A stretch of 63,878 bases of DNA, filler included, from Octopus bimaculoides (GCF_001194135.2; 5 parts of 5 records of this genome joined end to end with filler, not necessarily neighbours in it), one strand, 5' to 3'; positions 1 through 11,577 are shown, numbered from the whole stretch's first letter. Made by a program: numbers and translations. The notes: generated by a model from the letters alone, not told the origin.

Positions 1-17
1 TATATATATATATATAC

Positions 18-396
18 GTGGAGACGCAATGGCTCAGTGGTTAGGGCAGAGGACTCGCAGTCGTAGGGTGGCGGTTTCGATTCCCAGACCGGGCGTTGTG
101 AATGTTTATTGAGCGAAAACACCTAAAGCTCCACGAGGCTCCGGCACGGGGTAGTGGCGAACCCGGCTGTACTCTTTCGCCACAACTTTCTCTCACTCTT
201 CCTGTTTCTGTTGTACCTGTAATTCAAAGAGCCAGCCTTGTCACACTTTGTGTCACGCTGAATCTCCCCGAGGACTACGTTAAGGGTACACATGTCTATG
301 GAGTACTCAGTCACTTGCACGTTAATTTCACAAGCAGGCTGTTCCGTTGATCGGATCAACCGGAACCCTCGTCGTCGCAACCGACGGAATGCCATG
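18..396 (+). mobile_element. tRNA-derived SINE, family C, near full length
   Basis: Head has A box (TGGCTCAGTGGTTAG) and B box (GGTTTCGATTCCC). The 3' part (CACTTGCACGTTAATTTCAC..GTTCCGTTGATCGGATCAAC..GACGGAATGCC) recurs at 31690-31870 (-) and 62844-62936 (+). Flanked by (TA)n. Confidence 0.85.
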
Positions 397-441
<45 letters not shown>

Positions 442-477
442 GTGTATGTATATATATTGTTGACATCATAAAAATTT

Positions 478-549
478 ATATTTATTTATTTATTTATTTA
501 TTTATGTGTTTCAGCCAAATGGCTGCGGTCATGCTGGTGCACCACCGTG
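478..549 (-). mobile_element. 3' tail of CR1/L2-like LINE or partner SINE
   Basis: Reverse complement CACGGTGGTGCACCAGCATGACCGCAGCCATTTGGCTGAAACACA(TAAA)n is nearly identical to the LINE tail at ~6090-6160. Confidence 0.75.
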
Positions 550-1179
550 TATAGGTACAATCAAATGAAAACGGAACACATAAGGGCAATCAATCTGCAG
601 CCGATAGGTTTTATTAGACTATTTACGATCCTGATTTCCTTCTGCGTCATTAAATTCTCAATCGAAGTAATAAAAGTCGGTCTCGAAAAAGCCCCTAAGC
701 ATTTCGGATGTCGAGGTGACTAAGAATGGGTCTACATCGTCCTGTTTGTTAAATCCTACCAATTCATGTTCTTGAAAGTTGGTTGTTACCAGCAATCAAG
801 CTTGATCTACGAAAATCAAAGTCCATTTCTTCGCAAACCACCGCTTAATATTTTCCTAAATGTTTCTGTGGATTGAATAAAATCGTCTATCAGTTGGTCT
901 TTCTATTTGAAGCACTATCAACTCCATACCTTCCCAGGGGTACAAGGAGTTCGAGATAAATTTGATGATATTTATGTCTCATTACTTTCAATAACAGTTT
1001 AATGTATTGCTGAATAGTCAACGGCGTTGGAAAACATGAAGTTGAGAAAAACTTAACTGACATAGAAGACTGAAAACCAGTTGAATATTTGTAAAAAGTT
1101 ATGCGTAATGATGGTTCGCGCCAGGTATCAAAATGTCGACATCATGACTGCTTCTCAGCGCTCTGTGAACAACATAAAG

Positions 1180-1650
1180 ACTGTAAGATGTGACATGGAC
1201 ATCGTGAAAACCGAGTTTCCACAAACTGTGATGATCTTTGGAAATCTCTCCCCACATCTTTGAACAGGGCTTTAGGCTCAATTCAGACGGCTGTGTAAAG
1301 CTGCTGGAGACTGTGGTCAATCACTGGCTAGAGTTGGTTGCTGCTGAAAGGTCATATGTGTGGCGGTACGATATGGATCCTTGCCATATCACCGGAAAGA
1401 GTCAGAAGTGGTTGTCGGAGAGTTTCTACAATTTCACAAGCCTCAATTTCTGACCTCTTAATTTCCTCGATTCTAATTCCAATCTCTTACTGAGAAAGAC
1501 ACCAACCGCTCTGCCTCCAACACAAACACTGTAGCTAAGGTCAAGGAGTTGTTCAAAGATCTTTCTAGGGACACACTGAGGAACGCATCTGCCAGGTTTT
1601 GGTGCTCCATTGAGGCTGTGGTGGAAGCTAAGAGTGGTTTCTTCAAGTAA
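1180..1650 (+). mobile_element. Degenerate Tc1/mariner (DD37D/maT-like) transposase, C-terminal half
   Basis: Frameshifted translation KTEFPQTVMIFG..PHIFEQGFRLNSDGCVKLLETVVNHW..SYVW..D..PCH..KSQKWL..ARFWCSIEAVVEAKSGFFK* resembles the catalytic and C-terminal motifs of this group. Confidence 0.8.
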
Positions 1651-1831
1651 ACTGCTATTTCCTAACCATAAACCAGTTGGTAATTTTTGATTTTTTTGAT
1701 GGGGCATTGTGTTTTGTTTTCCTTTGATGCATATTGTCAAATTTAGCCCTAACACACTACAGATGGCCTCATGTTATTTCTTTTGCTTTCCATTTCATAT
1801 TTTCTTTTTTGACTTAGTGATTTTTACTCAG

Positions 1832-1899
1832 CGTTGCGGACCGTGTGCTTCATGTATTTGCTGTCCGTCGTTCTCTTCCTCATTATAATAAGACGGTGA
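1832..1899 (+). CDS. Candidate host exon encoding a short hydrophobic segment (xLRTVCFMYLLSVVLFLIIIRR*)
   Basis: Strong acceptor (TTTCTTTTTT..TTTTTACTCAG|) at 1831 and a 16-residue hydrophobic run. The frame ends either at TGA 1897-1899 or at the donor CG|GTGAGG (1895/1896). No homologue recognised. Confidence 0.35.
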
Positions 1900-2275
1900 G
1901 GCGTTACATCTATTTCTAAGATTGAGAGAGATGATTTCTTTCATTAACTTTGGCGTTGCAACCGATAATTGAACGATGACTGGAATATCATAAGAGGGAC
2001 CTGTCTCTCGTGTCAGGTTCGCAGCGTCTGCCTCTTCAGTTTCTGTGCCCGAAGAGGAGCTTGCCACTCCGAAATGCATGCACCTCACAGTCCAGTTAGT
2101 TGACGGCGTGAGCTGACTGTGTATTTACATCTATCTGCCTACAACAAGAAATTTTCTCCATGACAAACTACAATGAATGGCATTATTACGGGTTTGAATA
2201 TGTCCAAAACACATTTGAATTGGTAGCAAATTTGTATTTATGCACATCGCCACTTAGCGCTGTCACCATGTGTAT

Positions 2276-2332
<57 letters not shown>

Positions 2333-3747
2333 TGAGTGTGTGTGCGTGGGTGTGTATTATGTGTGTGTGTATGTTTGTGTATACATGCATACATTGACGC
2401 ATTTTATTGACACCAACACTAAAGCACATGCATCGGTTATCTATAAAGTTTACCTGATGGTAAGGTAATAATAAGATAATTGTGAGCCCGACTCCTGGAA
2501 CGAGCAACGAGGGTTNNNNNNNNNNNNNNNNNNNNNNNNNNNNNNNNNNNNNNNNNNNNNNNNNNNNNNNNNNNNNNNNNNNNNNNNNNNNNNNNNNNNN
2601 NNNNNNNNNNNNNNNNNNNNNNNNNNNNNNNNNNNNNNNNNNNNNNNNNNNNNNNNNNNNNNNNNNNNNNNNNNNNNNNNNNNNNNNNNNNNNNNNNNNN
2701 NNNNNNNNNNNNNNNNNNNNNNNNNNNNNNNNNNNNNNNNNNNNNNNNNNNNNNNNNNNNNNNNNNNNNNNNNNNNNNNNNNNNNNNNNNNNNNNNNNNN
2801 NNNNNNNNNNNNNNNNNNNNNNNNNNNNNNNNNNNNNNNNNNNNNNNNNNNNNNNNNNNNNNNNNNNNNNNNNNNNNNNNNNNNNNNNNNNNNNNNNNNN
2901 NNNNNNNNNNNNNNNNNNNNNNNNNNNNNNNNNNNNNNNNNNNNNNNNNNNNNNNNNNNNNNNNNNNNNNNNNNNNNNNNNNNNNNNNNNNNNNNNNNNN
3001 NNNNNNNNNNNNNNNNNNNNNNNNNNNNNNNNNNNNNNNNNNNNNNNNNNNNNNNNNNNNNNNNNNNNNNNNNNNNNNNNNNNNNNNNNNNNNNNNNNNN
3101 NNNNNNNNNNNNNNNNNNNNNNNNNNNNNNNNNNNNNNNNNNNNNNNNNNNNNNNNNNNNNNNNNNNNNNNNNNNNNNNNNNNNNNNNNNNNNNNNNNNN
3201 NNNNNNNNNNNNNNNNNNNNNNNNNNNNNNNNNNNNNNNNNNNNNNNNNNNNNNNNNNNNNNNNNNNNNNNNNNNNNNNNNNNNNNNNNNNNNNNNNNNN
3301 NNNNNNNNNNNNNNNNNNNNNNNNNNNNNNNNNNNNNNNNNNNNNNNNNNNNNNNNNNNNNNNNNNNNNNNNNNNNNNNNNNNNNNNNNNNNNNNNNNNN
3401 NNNNNNNNNNNNNNNNNNNNNNNNNNNNNNNNNNNNNNNNNNNNNNNNNNNNNNNNNNNNNNNNNNNGCAAGCTCGAGGGGACAGTAAAAGTCCGGGTGA
3501 TGACAATTTTTCCCGGTTCTGTGACGGTAGGCTCCTCATCTAGGATTCCACATGCTGTGACACCTTCCCCAGCGGCAACTTGGTGCTATCAGTTACCAGC
3601 CCAGGATCCGCTGCTCGTCAGGCCGAGAAAAGCAAACTGCCAAGGTACCGGTTACTCTCCGGCAAGTTTATTGTAATCGACTTAACTCCGCTCCTGAATT
3701 TGCTAGCTTTGTGCCAAAGTTTGAAAGCCAATATATTATACATATAT

Positions 3748-3806
3748 CATCATCATCATCATCATCATCATTTAACGTCCGTTTTCCATGCTGGCATAGG
3801 TTGGAC
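3748..3806 (-). mobile_element. 3' tail of RTE-type LINE/SINE ending in (GAT)n
   Basis: Reverse complement GTCCAACCTATGCCAGCATGGAAAACGGACGTTAAAT(GAT)n resembles RTE-class short-repeat tails. Confidence 0.55.
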
Positions 3807-3847
3807 ATACAAGTATATATATATACATATGTAAGTATGTTTATATA

Positions 3848-4260
3848 GGCGCAGGAGTGGCTGTGTGGTAAGTAGCTTGCTTACAACCACATGGTTCCGG
3901 GTTCATTCCCACTGCGTGGCACCTTGGGTAAGTGTCTTCTACTATAGCCTCGGGCCGACCAAAGCCTTGTGAGTGGATTTGGTAGATGGAAACTGAAAGA
4001 AGCCTGTCGTATATATGTATATATATATATATGTTTGTGTGTATGTGTGTCTGTGTTTGTTCCCCCAACATCGCTTGACAACCGATGCTGGTGTGTTTTG
4101 GTCCCCGTAACTTAGTGGTTCGGCAAGAGAGACTGATAGAATAAGTACTAGGCTTACAAAGAATAAGTCCTGGGGTCGATTTGCTCGACTAAAGGCGGTG
4201 CTCCAGCATCGCCGCAGTCAAATGACTGAAACAAGTAAAAGAGTAAAAGAGTAAAGAGTA
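3848..4260 (+). mobile_element. tRNA-derived SINE, family B (CORE-like), full length
   Basis: Head GGCGCAGGAGTGGCTGTGTGGTAAG..GGTTCCGGGTTCA, CORE-like CACCTTGGGTAAGTGTCTT, internal (TA/TG)n, and tail GGCGGTGCTCCAGCAT..ACTGAAACAAG(TAAAAGAG)n. Many copies in the window. Confidence 0.9.
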
Positions 4261-4287
4261 TATATATATATATGGAGAGAGAGAGAG

Positions 4288-4326
<39 letters not shown>

Positions 4327-5210
4327 CATAGTCACACAATTTAAAGATTAATTTTAAACTCCTTTTCCCCATCTTCTTTCACTGAACAGCGGATCCTTTA
4401 CCATTTCCTCAAATCGTGAACATTTATCTTTCATTGGGGGAAGTGTTTTATCGATTAAAACACGCACATGAAAATGTTAAAAGCCATTTCCCTCTCTTAG
4501 AAATGCAGATAGCTGAATGTTTTATATATTCAAGTATTCCTTATTATAAATTTTGGTTATGGAACATCACATGGGAAGTGATAACATTGAAGCCTTGGGA
4601 TATTACCAAAATTTTGATAACTTAATAAATGACATAAGGAATACATAACACATCGAAGGATTTCAAGTGGTTTACGTTTGTTGTATAAAGAATGAAAGAA
4701 AAAAAATTAATGGAGAAAAACAGAAGATTTGGTGATTTGCTAGTTCCTGTTTACACAAGGAAAAAAAACAAAAACAAACGTAACAAACAAGCAAATCAGC
4801 AAACAGCGTTATGCTGTTGAAGATCACATGATAAACTGAGATGAACCTCTGTGGCAAGAAATATGAGTTTTGTACACGAGGAGCTCATAAAAGCATCGTG
4901 TAGTAATCCTTTAAAGACGTAGTTTAACGTTTCTATGCATGCAGCTTGTAAGTGACGTGTTATGGGGCGTGGCTCAGACATTCTTTATAAATATAGTGTA
5001 CGAATAAAATAGGATATAGAAATTGTAATGTGAAGGAGAGAGTGGGGGTGGGGGACCTAGCATTGACATTCTTTATCAGTTGCATCATATAAGAGAACAT
5101 TTGTCAACCTCTTTCGGCACGACATTTATTCATTTGGATATGGTAACAATCCCAAGTAGAACTCTTCAGAATTCAAGCGAGTAATATATAATATAATATA
5201 ATATATACAT

Positions 5211-5292
<82 letters not shown>

Positions 5293-5704
5293 CTTTGAAT
5301 GTACTGCGATATAAAGTGCATATTTACATGGAAACGAGGGTAAAATAAACAGTACATGAATGTAAATTACATTCAAAACAGATATGTTTCTATTGGAGCA
5401 AACTGGAAGAGAAATTCTAGAAAGAAGGGTCTATTGAGATTAACAAGAGTAATGTCTTCCAATTGCACTGAATTATGGGAAAGAATATTTTAGAGTAAAA
5501 AGAATGTCTTTCACTAAGTTTGTCAAGCCACTAAGGCTATAAGATTATTCCGAAAATTGGTGGAGGCCTATAGCTTTACTATAAGCTATTTAGATAAGGG
5601 AAATTAATTGTTAATGCCTTGAAAATGTTTCTGATTTCTTTGATGATCGCTAAAAATCATCGCAAGCATTTTGTTTTCTTTTCCCTGTATATACGAGTAT
5701 TTTA

Positions 5705-6160
5705 TACATAGATGTGCATCAAGTACTACAGGAATGCCCGCACGGGTCGCCACTGCATGGTGTCAAAGGTGCCGTCCACTGCATCTCACATAAGAACGAG
5801 ATACTGCAGCAGCCTCGGTTTCAGAGGACTTCAGCTCTTCAATGCCCTGCCAAAACATCTGAGAGACCTGCAAGACATGTATGTGGAGGTCTTCAAGACA
5901 AAAATCGACGCTTTCCTCTCCACGATACCAGACGAACCAATGGCTCCAAATGAGACACAGTTTAGGGCAGCGATGTCAAATTCTCTTATACACCAGATGT
6001 GCCATCAAAACTCTTGATTGGACTATATCATGTGGAGGAGAAGAGCCATGCAAGGAACGTGAAGAGAGCACAGCATAAAGACGGAAAATCACGGTGGTGC
6101 TCCAGCATGACCACAGCCACTTGGCTGAAACCCATAAATGAATAAATAAATAAATAATTT
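5705..6160 (+). mobile_element. 3' end of CR1/L2-like LINE (RT C-terminus, 3'UTR, (TAAA)n tail)
   Basis: ORF 5712-6017 reads RTRYCSSLGFRGLQLFNALPKHLRDL..VEVFKTKIDAFLSTIPDEP..RAAMSNSLIHQ, typical of CR1/L2 ORF2 ends, and is followed by a stem-loop tail. Confidence 0.85.
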
Positions 6161-7804
6161 ATCAATGCTTTAACATAATTGNNNNNNNNNNNNNNNNNNN
6201 NNNNNNNNNNNNNNNNNNNNNNNNNNNNNNNNNNNNNNNNNNNNNNNNNNNNNNNNNNNNNNNNNNNNNNNNNNNNNNNNNNNNNNNNNNNNNNNNNNNN
6301 NNNNNNNNNNNNNNNNNNNNNNNNNNNNNNNNNNNNNNNNNNNNNNNNNNNNNNNNNNNNNNNNNNNNNNNNNNNNNNNNNNNNNNNNNNNNNNNNNNNN
6401 NNNNNNNNNNNNNNNNNNNNNNNNNNNNNNNNNNNNNNNNNNNNNNNNNNNNNNNNNNNNNNNNNNNNNNNNNNNNNNNNNNNNNNNNNNNNNNNNNNNN
6501 NNNNNNNNNNNNNNNNNNNNNNNNNNNNNNNNNNNNNNNNNNNNNNNNNNNNNNNNNNNNNNNNNNNNNNNNNNNNNNNNNNNNNNNNNNNNNNNNNNNN
6601 NCCCCAACCCCAACCCACCACTACCACACAAAATTTCAGGCCTGGTGCCTATAGTACATAGAATTCTGTCTGAATCACAGCATACAAACATAATGAAGCT
6701 GTTCGAAATATATGCTACTGCTACAGAGAATTGTGAAAACAGTTGCTTCATTAGACAGCGAATTTAATTCTATCAAAGAGACGTCCAGAACCTCCTATGT
6801 AGATTTTTCAAATGCTGTACGTTTCCTTTCGATTCGAGGTTCAACCCTCTATTTGTCATTTTAGTCTCCTCTGCATTGATGGAACCGAAGTAAGTAAAAC
6901 AATGACGAAGTCTTCAGAGCTTTTCTATTAACTGAAAGTGATACTAGAATCAAGTACGTGATTATTCGCCGACGTTACCGTGGGAGGTCAAATCTAACTC
7001 ACAACGAAATAAATAGAATACAATATTATTGGTCTCTCTTTCTCCGTCTCTCCGTCTCTCTCTTTGTCTTCCCACTCTGTTTATCTCTGTCTGTCTGTCA
7101 GTCTCTCTCTGTCTCTATTTGTCTGTGTGTCGGTCTCTGTCTGTCTGTCTGTTTGCATCTCTCTCTCTCTCTCCATATATATATATATATGCACGTATGT
7201 ATATATCGCAGTACTTATTGATATTTCAGAACAGGTATTGATTATGAAAAGCACAAGGAAAGCTTCCATTGGTCACTTCAGTACAATTTGCCACAAGACA
7301 GATATGAAAATCTAAAGGTACTTTTCCTTGTATTTATCGATGAATGCTTATATATATATNNNNNNNNNNNNNNNNNNNNNNNNNNNNNNNNNNNNNNNNN
7401 NNNNNNNNNNNNNNNNNNNNNNNNNNNNNNNNNNNNNNNNNNNNNNNNNNNNNNNNNNNNNNNNNNNNNNNNNNNNNNNNNNNNNNNNNNNNNNNNNNNN
7501 NNNNNNNNNNNNNNNNNNNNNNNNNNNNNNNNNNNNNNNNNNNNNNNNNNNNNNNNNNNNNNNNNNNNNNNNNNNNNNNNNNNNNNNNNNNNNNNNNNNN
7601 NNNNNNNNNNNNNNNNNNNNNNNNNNNNNNNNNNNNNNNNNNNNNNNNNNNNNNNNNNNNNNNNNNNNNNNNNNNNNNNNNNNNNNNNNNNNNNNNNNNN
7701 NNNNNNNNNNNNNNNNNNNNNNNNNNNNNNNNNNNNNNNNNNNNNNNNNNNNNNNNNNNNNNNNNNNNNNNNNNNNNNNNNNNNNNNNNNNNNNNNNNNN
7801 NNNN

Positions 7805-7842
<38 letters not shown>

Positions 7843-8578
7843 GCATACATATATTTATATGTATGTATGTATGTACAAGAGAATTAAATGCTTACAATAG
7901 AATTAAATGTTTACAATAGAGCTAAATGTTTATAATACAATTAACTGATTGACATTGAATTACAAAAGATAACAACAACAGTAATTGTATTTAGCAGAGT
8001 TCACTTTCGATTTTCATTTTGCAAACCCTAACTTTGAAATATATGTAGCGAAAAGAAGCAGTAGTGATACCACAAGGCAATATTCATCTCAACTTAAATT
8101 TGAACGTTGTGTTGGAACACAAAATACTGCGTTAAGTACCACAAGAGAACATCTGCTATGGACTTGAGGTGCATATAAGTACTCGTGTTTATATCGCTAG
8201 CGGGTGATAATCGTCCGCTACCACCACCGGAACTGTCGAATCATGTCATTTCGGCGTTAGTGAACCTAGAACAATGTGGTTGGGAAGCAAACTTCTTACC
8301 ACACAGCCACACCTGACAGAAAAAAAGAATAACTTGGACGGAGTGGTACATACGTAAATTATTTGTTCACAAAACGAGTGAAGGGTGTTTTAGTCTTGCT
8401 TTACTTTATGATCCATCCATAAGATAGCAGCAGTATTACCTAACCTTCTAGCATTCAAATTGGCTATATCTACTCAAGTATTCTAGCTGTTTTAGGTTCA
8501 AACTGACCAGATCCAGCCTCTCGCACCTACCCTATAATGTCATTCTAGAAATATACAATCACATAAACAAAATCTTAA

Positions 8579-8799
8579 CCCTTTTGATAACAACCCGGCT
8601 GAAACAGCCTCTGGCTCTGTAGTACAAATGTCTTGTTTTCAAAAGTTCTGAATTAAAATATTCCACCAAACCTTAGTCACAATTTATGTTCCTAACACTA
8701 GTTTAATGATAACTAAGTTATTTTACTAAATTCTTTGTTATATTTAAAATAATTGAAAGAAACGCAGAACATCTCAAAATAAATACAGTAACGAAAGGG
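8579..8799. mobile_element. piggyBac-like MITE
   Basis: TTAA|CCCTTTTGATA...TAACGAAAGGG|TTAA: TTAA TSDs at 8575-8578 and 8800-8803 with CCCTTT termini. Confidence 0.75.
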
Positions 8800-8904
8800 T
8801 TAAAGCTACCAGATAATGCATGATTACTTCAATACAATGTGAATAGATAAACGTTATATTTAACAGAATAACCTGAAAGCTAAAAGGTTAACATTTTCTT
8901 TCTA

Positions 8905-9103
8905 CTTTAGGCACAAATCCTGAAATTTTGTAGGGAAGAGGTAAATCGATTACATCGATCCTAGTGTTCAACTGGTATCTATTCTATTGACCCCGAGGGT
9001 ATGAAGGGCAAAGTCGATCTCGGCGGAATTTGAACGTAAAACTAGAAGAAATGCCACTAAGCAATCTGTCCTACGCGCTAACGACCCTGCCAGCTCGCTG
9101 CCT
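8905..9103 (-). mobile_element. tRNA-derived SINE, family A
   Basis: Reverse-complement match to GGCGGCGAGCTGGCAGAAACGTTAGC..GAGTTCAAATTCCGCCGAGGTCGACTTTGCCTTTCATCCTTTCGGGGTCGAT. Confidence 0.85.
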
Positions 9104-9124
9104 ATTTCTACCTTAATATTGGCT

Positions 9125-9319
9125 TTAAAGTTTGGCACAAGGTCAGCAATTTCAGGGCTGGAGCTAAGTCGAGTACAATGACCTCCAGTACTCAGCTGGT
9201 ACTTATTTTGTCGACCCCGAAAGGATGAAAGGCAAAGTCGACTTCGACGGAATTTGAACTCAGAGCGTAAAGCTGGCAGAAATGCCTGGTGCGGTAACGA
9301 TTCTGCCTGCTTGCCGTCT
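9125..9319 (-). mobile_element. SINE family A
   Basis: Plus strand GACCCCGAAAGGATGAAAGGCAAAGTCGACTTCGACGGAATTTGAACTCAG is the reverse complement of the family core. Confidence 0.85.
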
Positions 9320-9335
9320 TATTATTACTACCTTA

Positions 9336-9530
9336 ATACGTTAGCACAGACAAAATGCTTAGCGGCATTTCCTCCGTTTTATGTACTGAGCTCAAATTCC
9401 GCCGAGGTCGACTTTGCCCTCCATCCTTTCGGGGTCAACAAATTAAATACCAGTGAAGCTCTGGGGTAGATATAATCGACTAGTCCCTTCCCACCAAATT
9501 TCAGGCCTTCTACCTTTATGAGAAGGGGTT
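9336..9530 (+). mobile_element. SINE family A
   Basis: ACGTTAGCAC..AAATGCTTAGCGGCATTTC..CAAATTCCGCCGAGGTCGACTTTGCCCTCCATCCTTTCGGGGTC. Confidence 0.85.
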
Positions 9531-9543
9531 ATATACTGAAAAT

Positions 9544-9637
9544 AAGGTGGCTAGCTGGCAGAATCGTTAGCACGACGGACAAAATACTTAGTAGCGTTTC
9601 TTACGGCTTTACGTTCTGAGTTCAAATCCCGCCAAGG
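9544..9637 (+). mobile_element. SINE family A, head only
   Basis: GGTGGCTAGCTGGCAGAATCGTTAGCAC..GTTCTGAGTTCAAATCCCGCC. Confidence 0.8.
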
Positions 9638-9739
9638 ATTTCACATATATACACATAGACGCAATAATTCAGAGTTGACGCCTCTATCAAAGTTGAGGTC
9701 TCTCTCTCTCTGTCTATCCTGGATTTCACCTTACAAATA

Positions 9740-9990
9740 TACGTGTCTTCTATTCCACTTTGTCGTCTATTTTTAAGTTCTTGAATAGTGCGTCCAGTTT
9801 CTTTTAGCAATGGTTGATGAGGCGTTTCTGCGGGTTTACTTATTACCGGTTTACCATGAAAAAGCTTGCCACAGCAAATCTGCATCTACTACCTCCTCTT
9901 TGTTACGCCAACTGTGACCAATGAATCTCAGCTTGTGCTTTCGTATTGTCCCTGTGATATACAAGATGTCTTGGTATGGCTCTGTGTTAG
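9740..9990 (-). mobile_element. RTE-clade LINE, degenerate C-terminal fragment
   Basis: Two frames give ITGTIRKHKLRFIGHSWRNKEEVVDADLLWQ and FHGKPVISKPAETPHQPLLKETGRTIQELKN, resembling the RTE RLRFAGHCWR..LLW..GRP..TY motif. Confidence 0.7.
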
Positions 9991-10005
9991 TTTTGTATTG
10001 AAATA

Positions 10006-10412
10006 TGCGTAGGTGTGGGTGTGTGCTTCTCAACCACATAGTTCCCAGTTAAGTTCCACTGCGTGACACCTTGGACAAGTGTCTTTTACTATAGCCTCGG
10101 GCCAACCAGAGTCTTGTGAATGAATTTGGTAGACGGAAGCTGACAGAAACCCGTCGCATATATATATTTATATATGTGTGTGCGTGTGTGAGTGTGTGTG
10201 TGTGTGTATGTGTGTGTTTGTGTGTGTATTTGTCCACCACCACCGCTTGACAACCAGTATTAGTGTGTTTACAGCTCCATAACGTAGCGGTTCGGCAAAA
10301 GATCTCGATATGATAAATACCAGACTTTAAAAAAAAAATACTGGACTAAAAATTAATCAAGGCGGTACCTCAGAATGGTCGCAGCCTAATGACGGAAACA
10401 AGTATAAAAGAT
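10006..10412 (+). mobile_element. SINE family B, diverged full length
   Basis: CACCTTGGACAAGTGTCTTTTACTATAGCCTCGGGCCAACC..CGCTTGACAACC..GCGGTTCGGCAAAA..GGCGGTACCTCAGAATGG. Confidence 0.85.
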
Positions 10413-10469
10413 ACCATGAAATGTTCAGAACAACATGGAACATTCTGGTGTAAGTACAGTTTAGCGTAT

Positions 10470-10910
10470 TCTTCACGGGAGCTGAAACAATAGCGAGCAA
10501 TATCTCCCTCATTTTCACCTCTATGGATAAAATCAAAGATTGTGAAATCTATGTAAAATAGAGAAGCTAGTATATTCCACTCATTTACATCTTCAAAGAT
10601 GTAATTATTTGCCCCATTGTTGATCTATATGGAAGAAAGTCGTTCTGAATTTCTGTGAAGAATTTTCTCTCGTTTGAGCTTGATATTTTTCGGTGACATC
10701 GGATTTTAGATTTTAGCAGCAATTGCATTAATTGTCAAGCTACGGTAGTTCTTCGTATAATCTAGGTCTTCTGGTTTTGTGTATTGGTATTACAGAACTT
10801 CCTCCTCAATATCTGCTTTTCTTTGCTGGTATTGCAGGCCTCTAGGTGCAAAATGTTAAATTCTTCTACTTTCCAGACCTCTTCAGTGACAACATCCAGC
10901 ATGTAAGCTT
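10470..10910 (-). mobile_element. RTE-clade LINE reverse transcriptase fragment (degenerate)
   Basis: Minus-strand translation LDVVTEEVWKVEEFNILHLEAC..KNYRSLTINAIAAKI..QNDFLPYRSTMGQI..LFYIDFTIFDFIHR covers RT domains 1-3. Confidence 0.75.
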
Positions 10911-11577
10911 TATCGATGGATCGATCGAACGATCCATCCATCCATCCTCCCCACACATTATACACACTGAAGTGTGTGTTTGTGTGTATGTGTGTGTTTG
11001 TCGTGTGTGTGTTAAAACAAAAAAACGGGCCAAGAGAAATAAGTTAGCATGCTCAGTAGCAGGAATTTGGATATCAAATCCAACTAAAAGTATATCAAAT
11101 ATCGCACAAAATAAATTCTTGAAATTTTTTTCGGTAGAAAGTAAATGCTTGGTTGCTATTGAAGCTGGCTTTGAATAAGAAGCAGCAAAAAAAAATCTCA
11201 AGAATCAAGAATTAAGGGATTAAGAATTAAGATGTCAAGGGATGATATGGTGAAAGAGTATGCAAAAAGTTTGCAATTGATTGAAATTTGCCTTGAACTA
11301 GTGAATAAACTGTAAAAGCTAGCAACAGTGGTTAGTGACTGTCAATAAAAAAATGAGAGATAATTTCAAGGAAATATATATTCAATTTACAAAATGGCAT
11401 TACATGCTGAAGGGAAAAACCTGCTCTCTATTTCCTGTCAACCGGGAAGCCACTCATACGTTTCGCTCTAATTGGCCCTCATCAGCTTCGAATAATTAAC
11501 TACAGTTGAAGGCAGTTTTAACTTACAGAAAACAAGGAGTGAAGATGCTTGGCCAATAATAATTTGCATGAATAACC

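Noticed and set aside
18-100. tRNA-like heads as functional tRNA genes (here and in all SINE copies)
   Set aside because: They continue into SINE bodies and tails and are diverged multi-copy sequences without a clean anticodon arm or a terminator at the tRNA end.
600-1000. Unique-looking segment possibly from a decayed TE ORF
   Set aside because: No frame gave an identifiable motif.
1828-2088. Minus-strand 86-aa ORF (MRCMHFGVASSS...)
   Set aside because: No recognisable domain. It overlaps the better-supported plus-strand exon candidate.
2238-3543. Long ORFs of 150-430 aa in the ORF track (also at 6.0-7.9, 11.5-13.9, 15.3-16.0, 24.3-25.0 and 58.7-60.1 kb)
   Set aside because: They consist of X from gaps plus dinucleotide-repeat translations (YIYI, HTHT, CVCV, ERER).
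4945-4995. TGACGT + GGGGCGTGGC + TATAAATA cluster resembling a promoter
   Set aside because: Short motifs arise by chance, and there is no downstream exon to anchor them.
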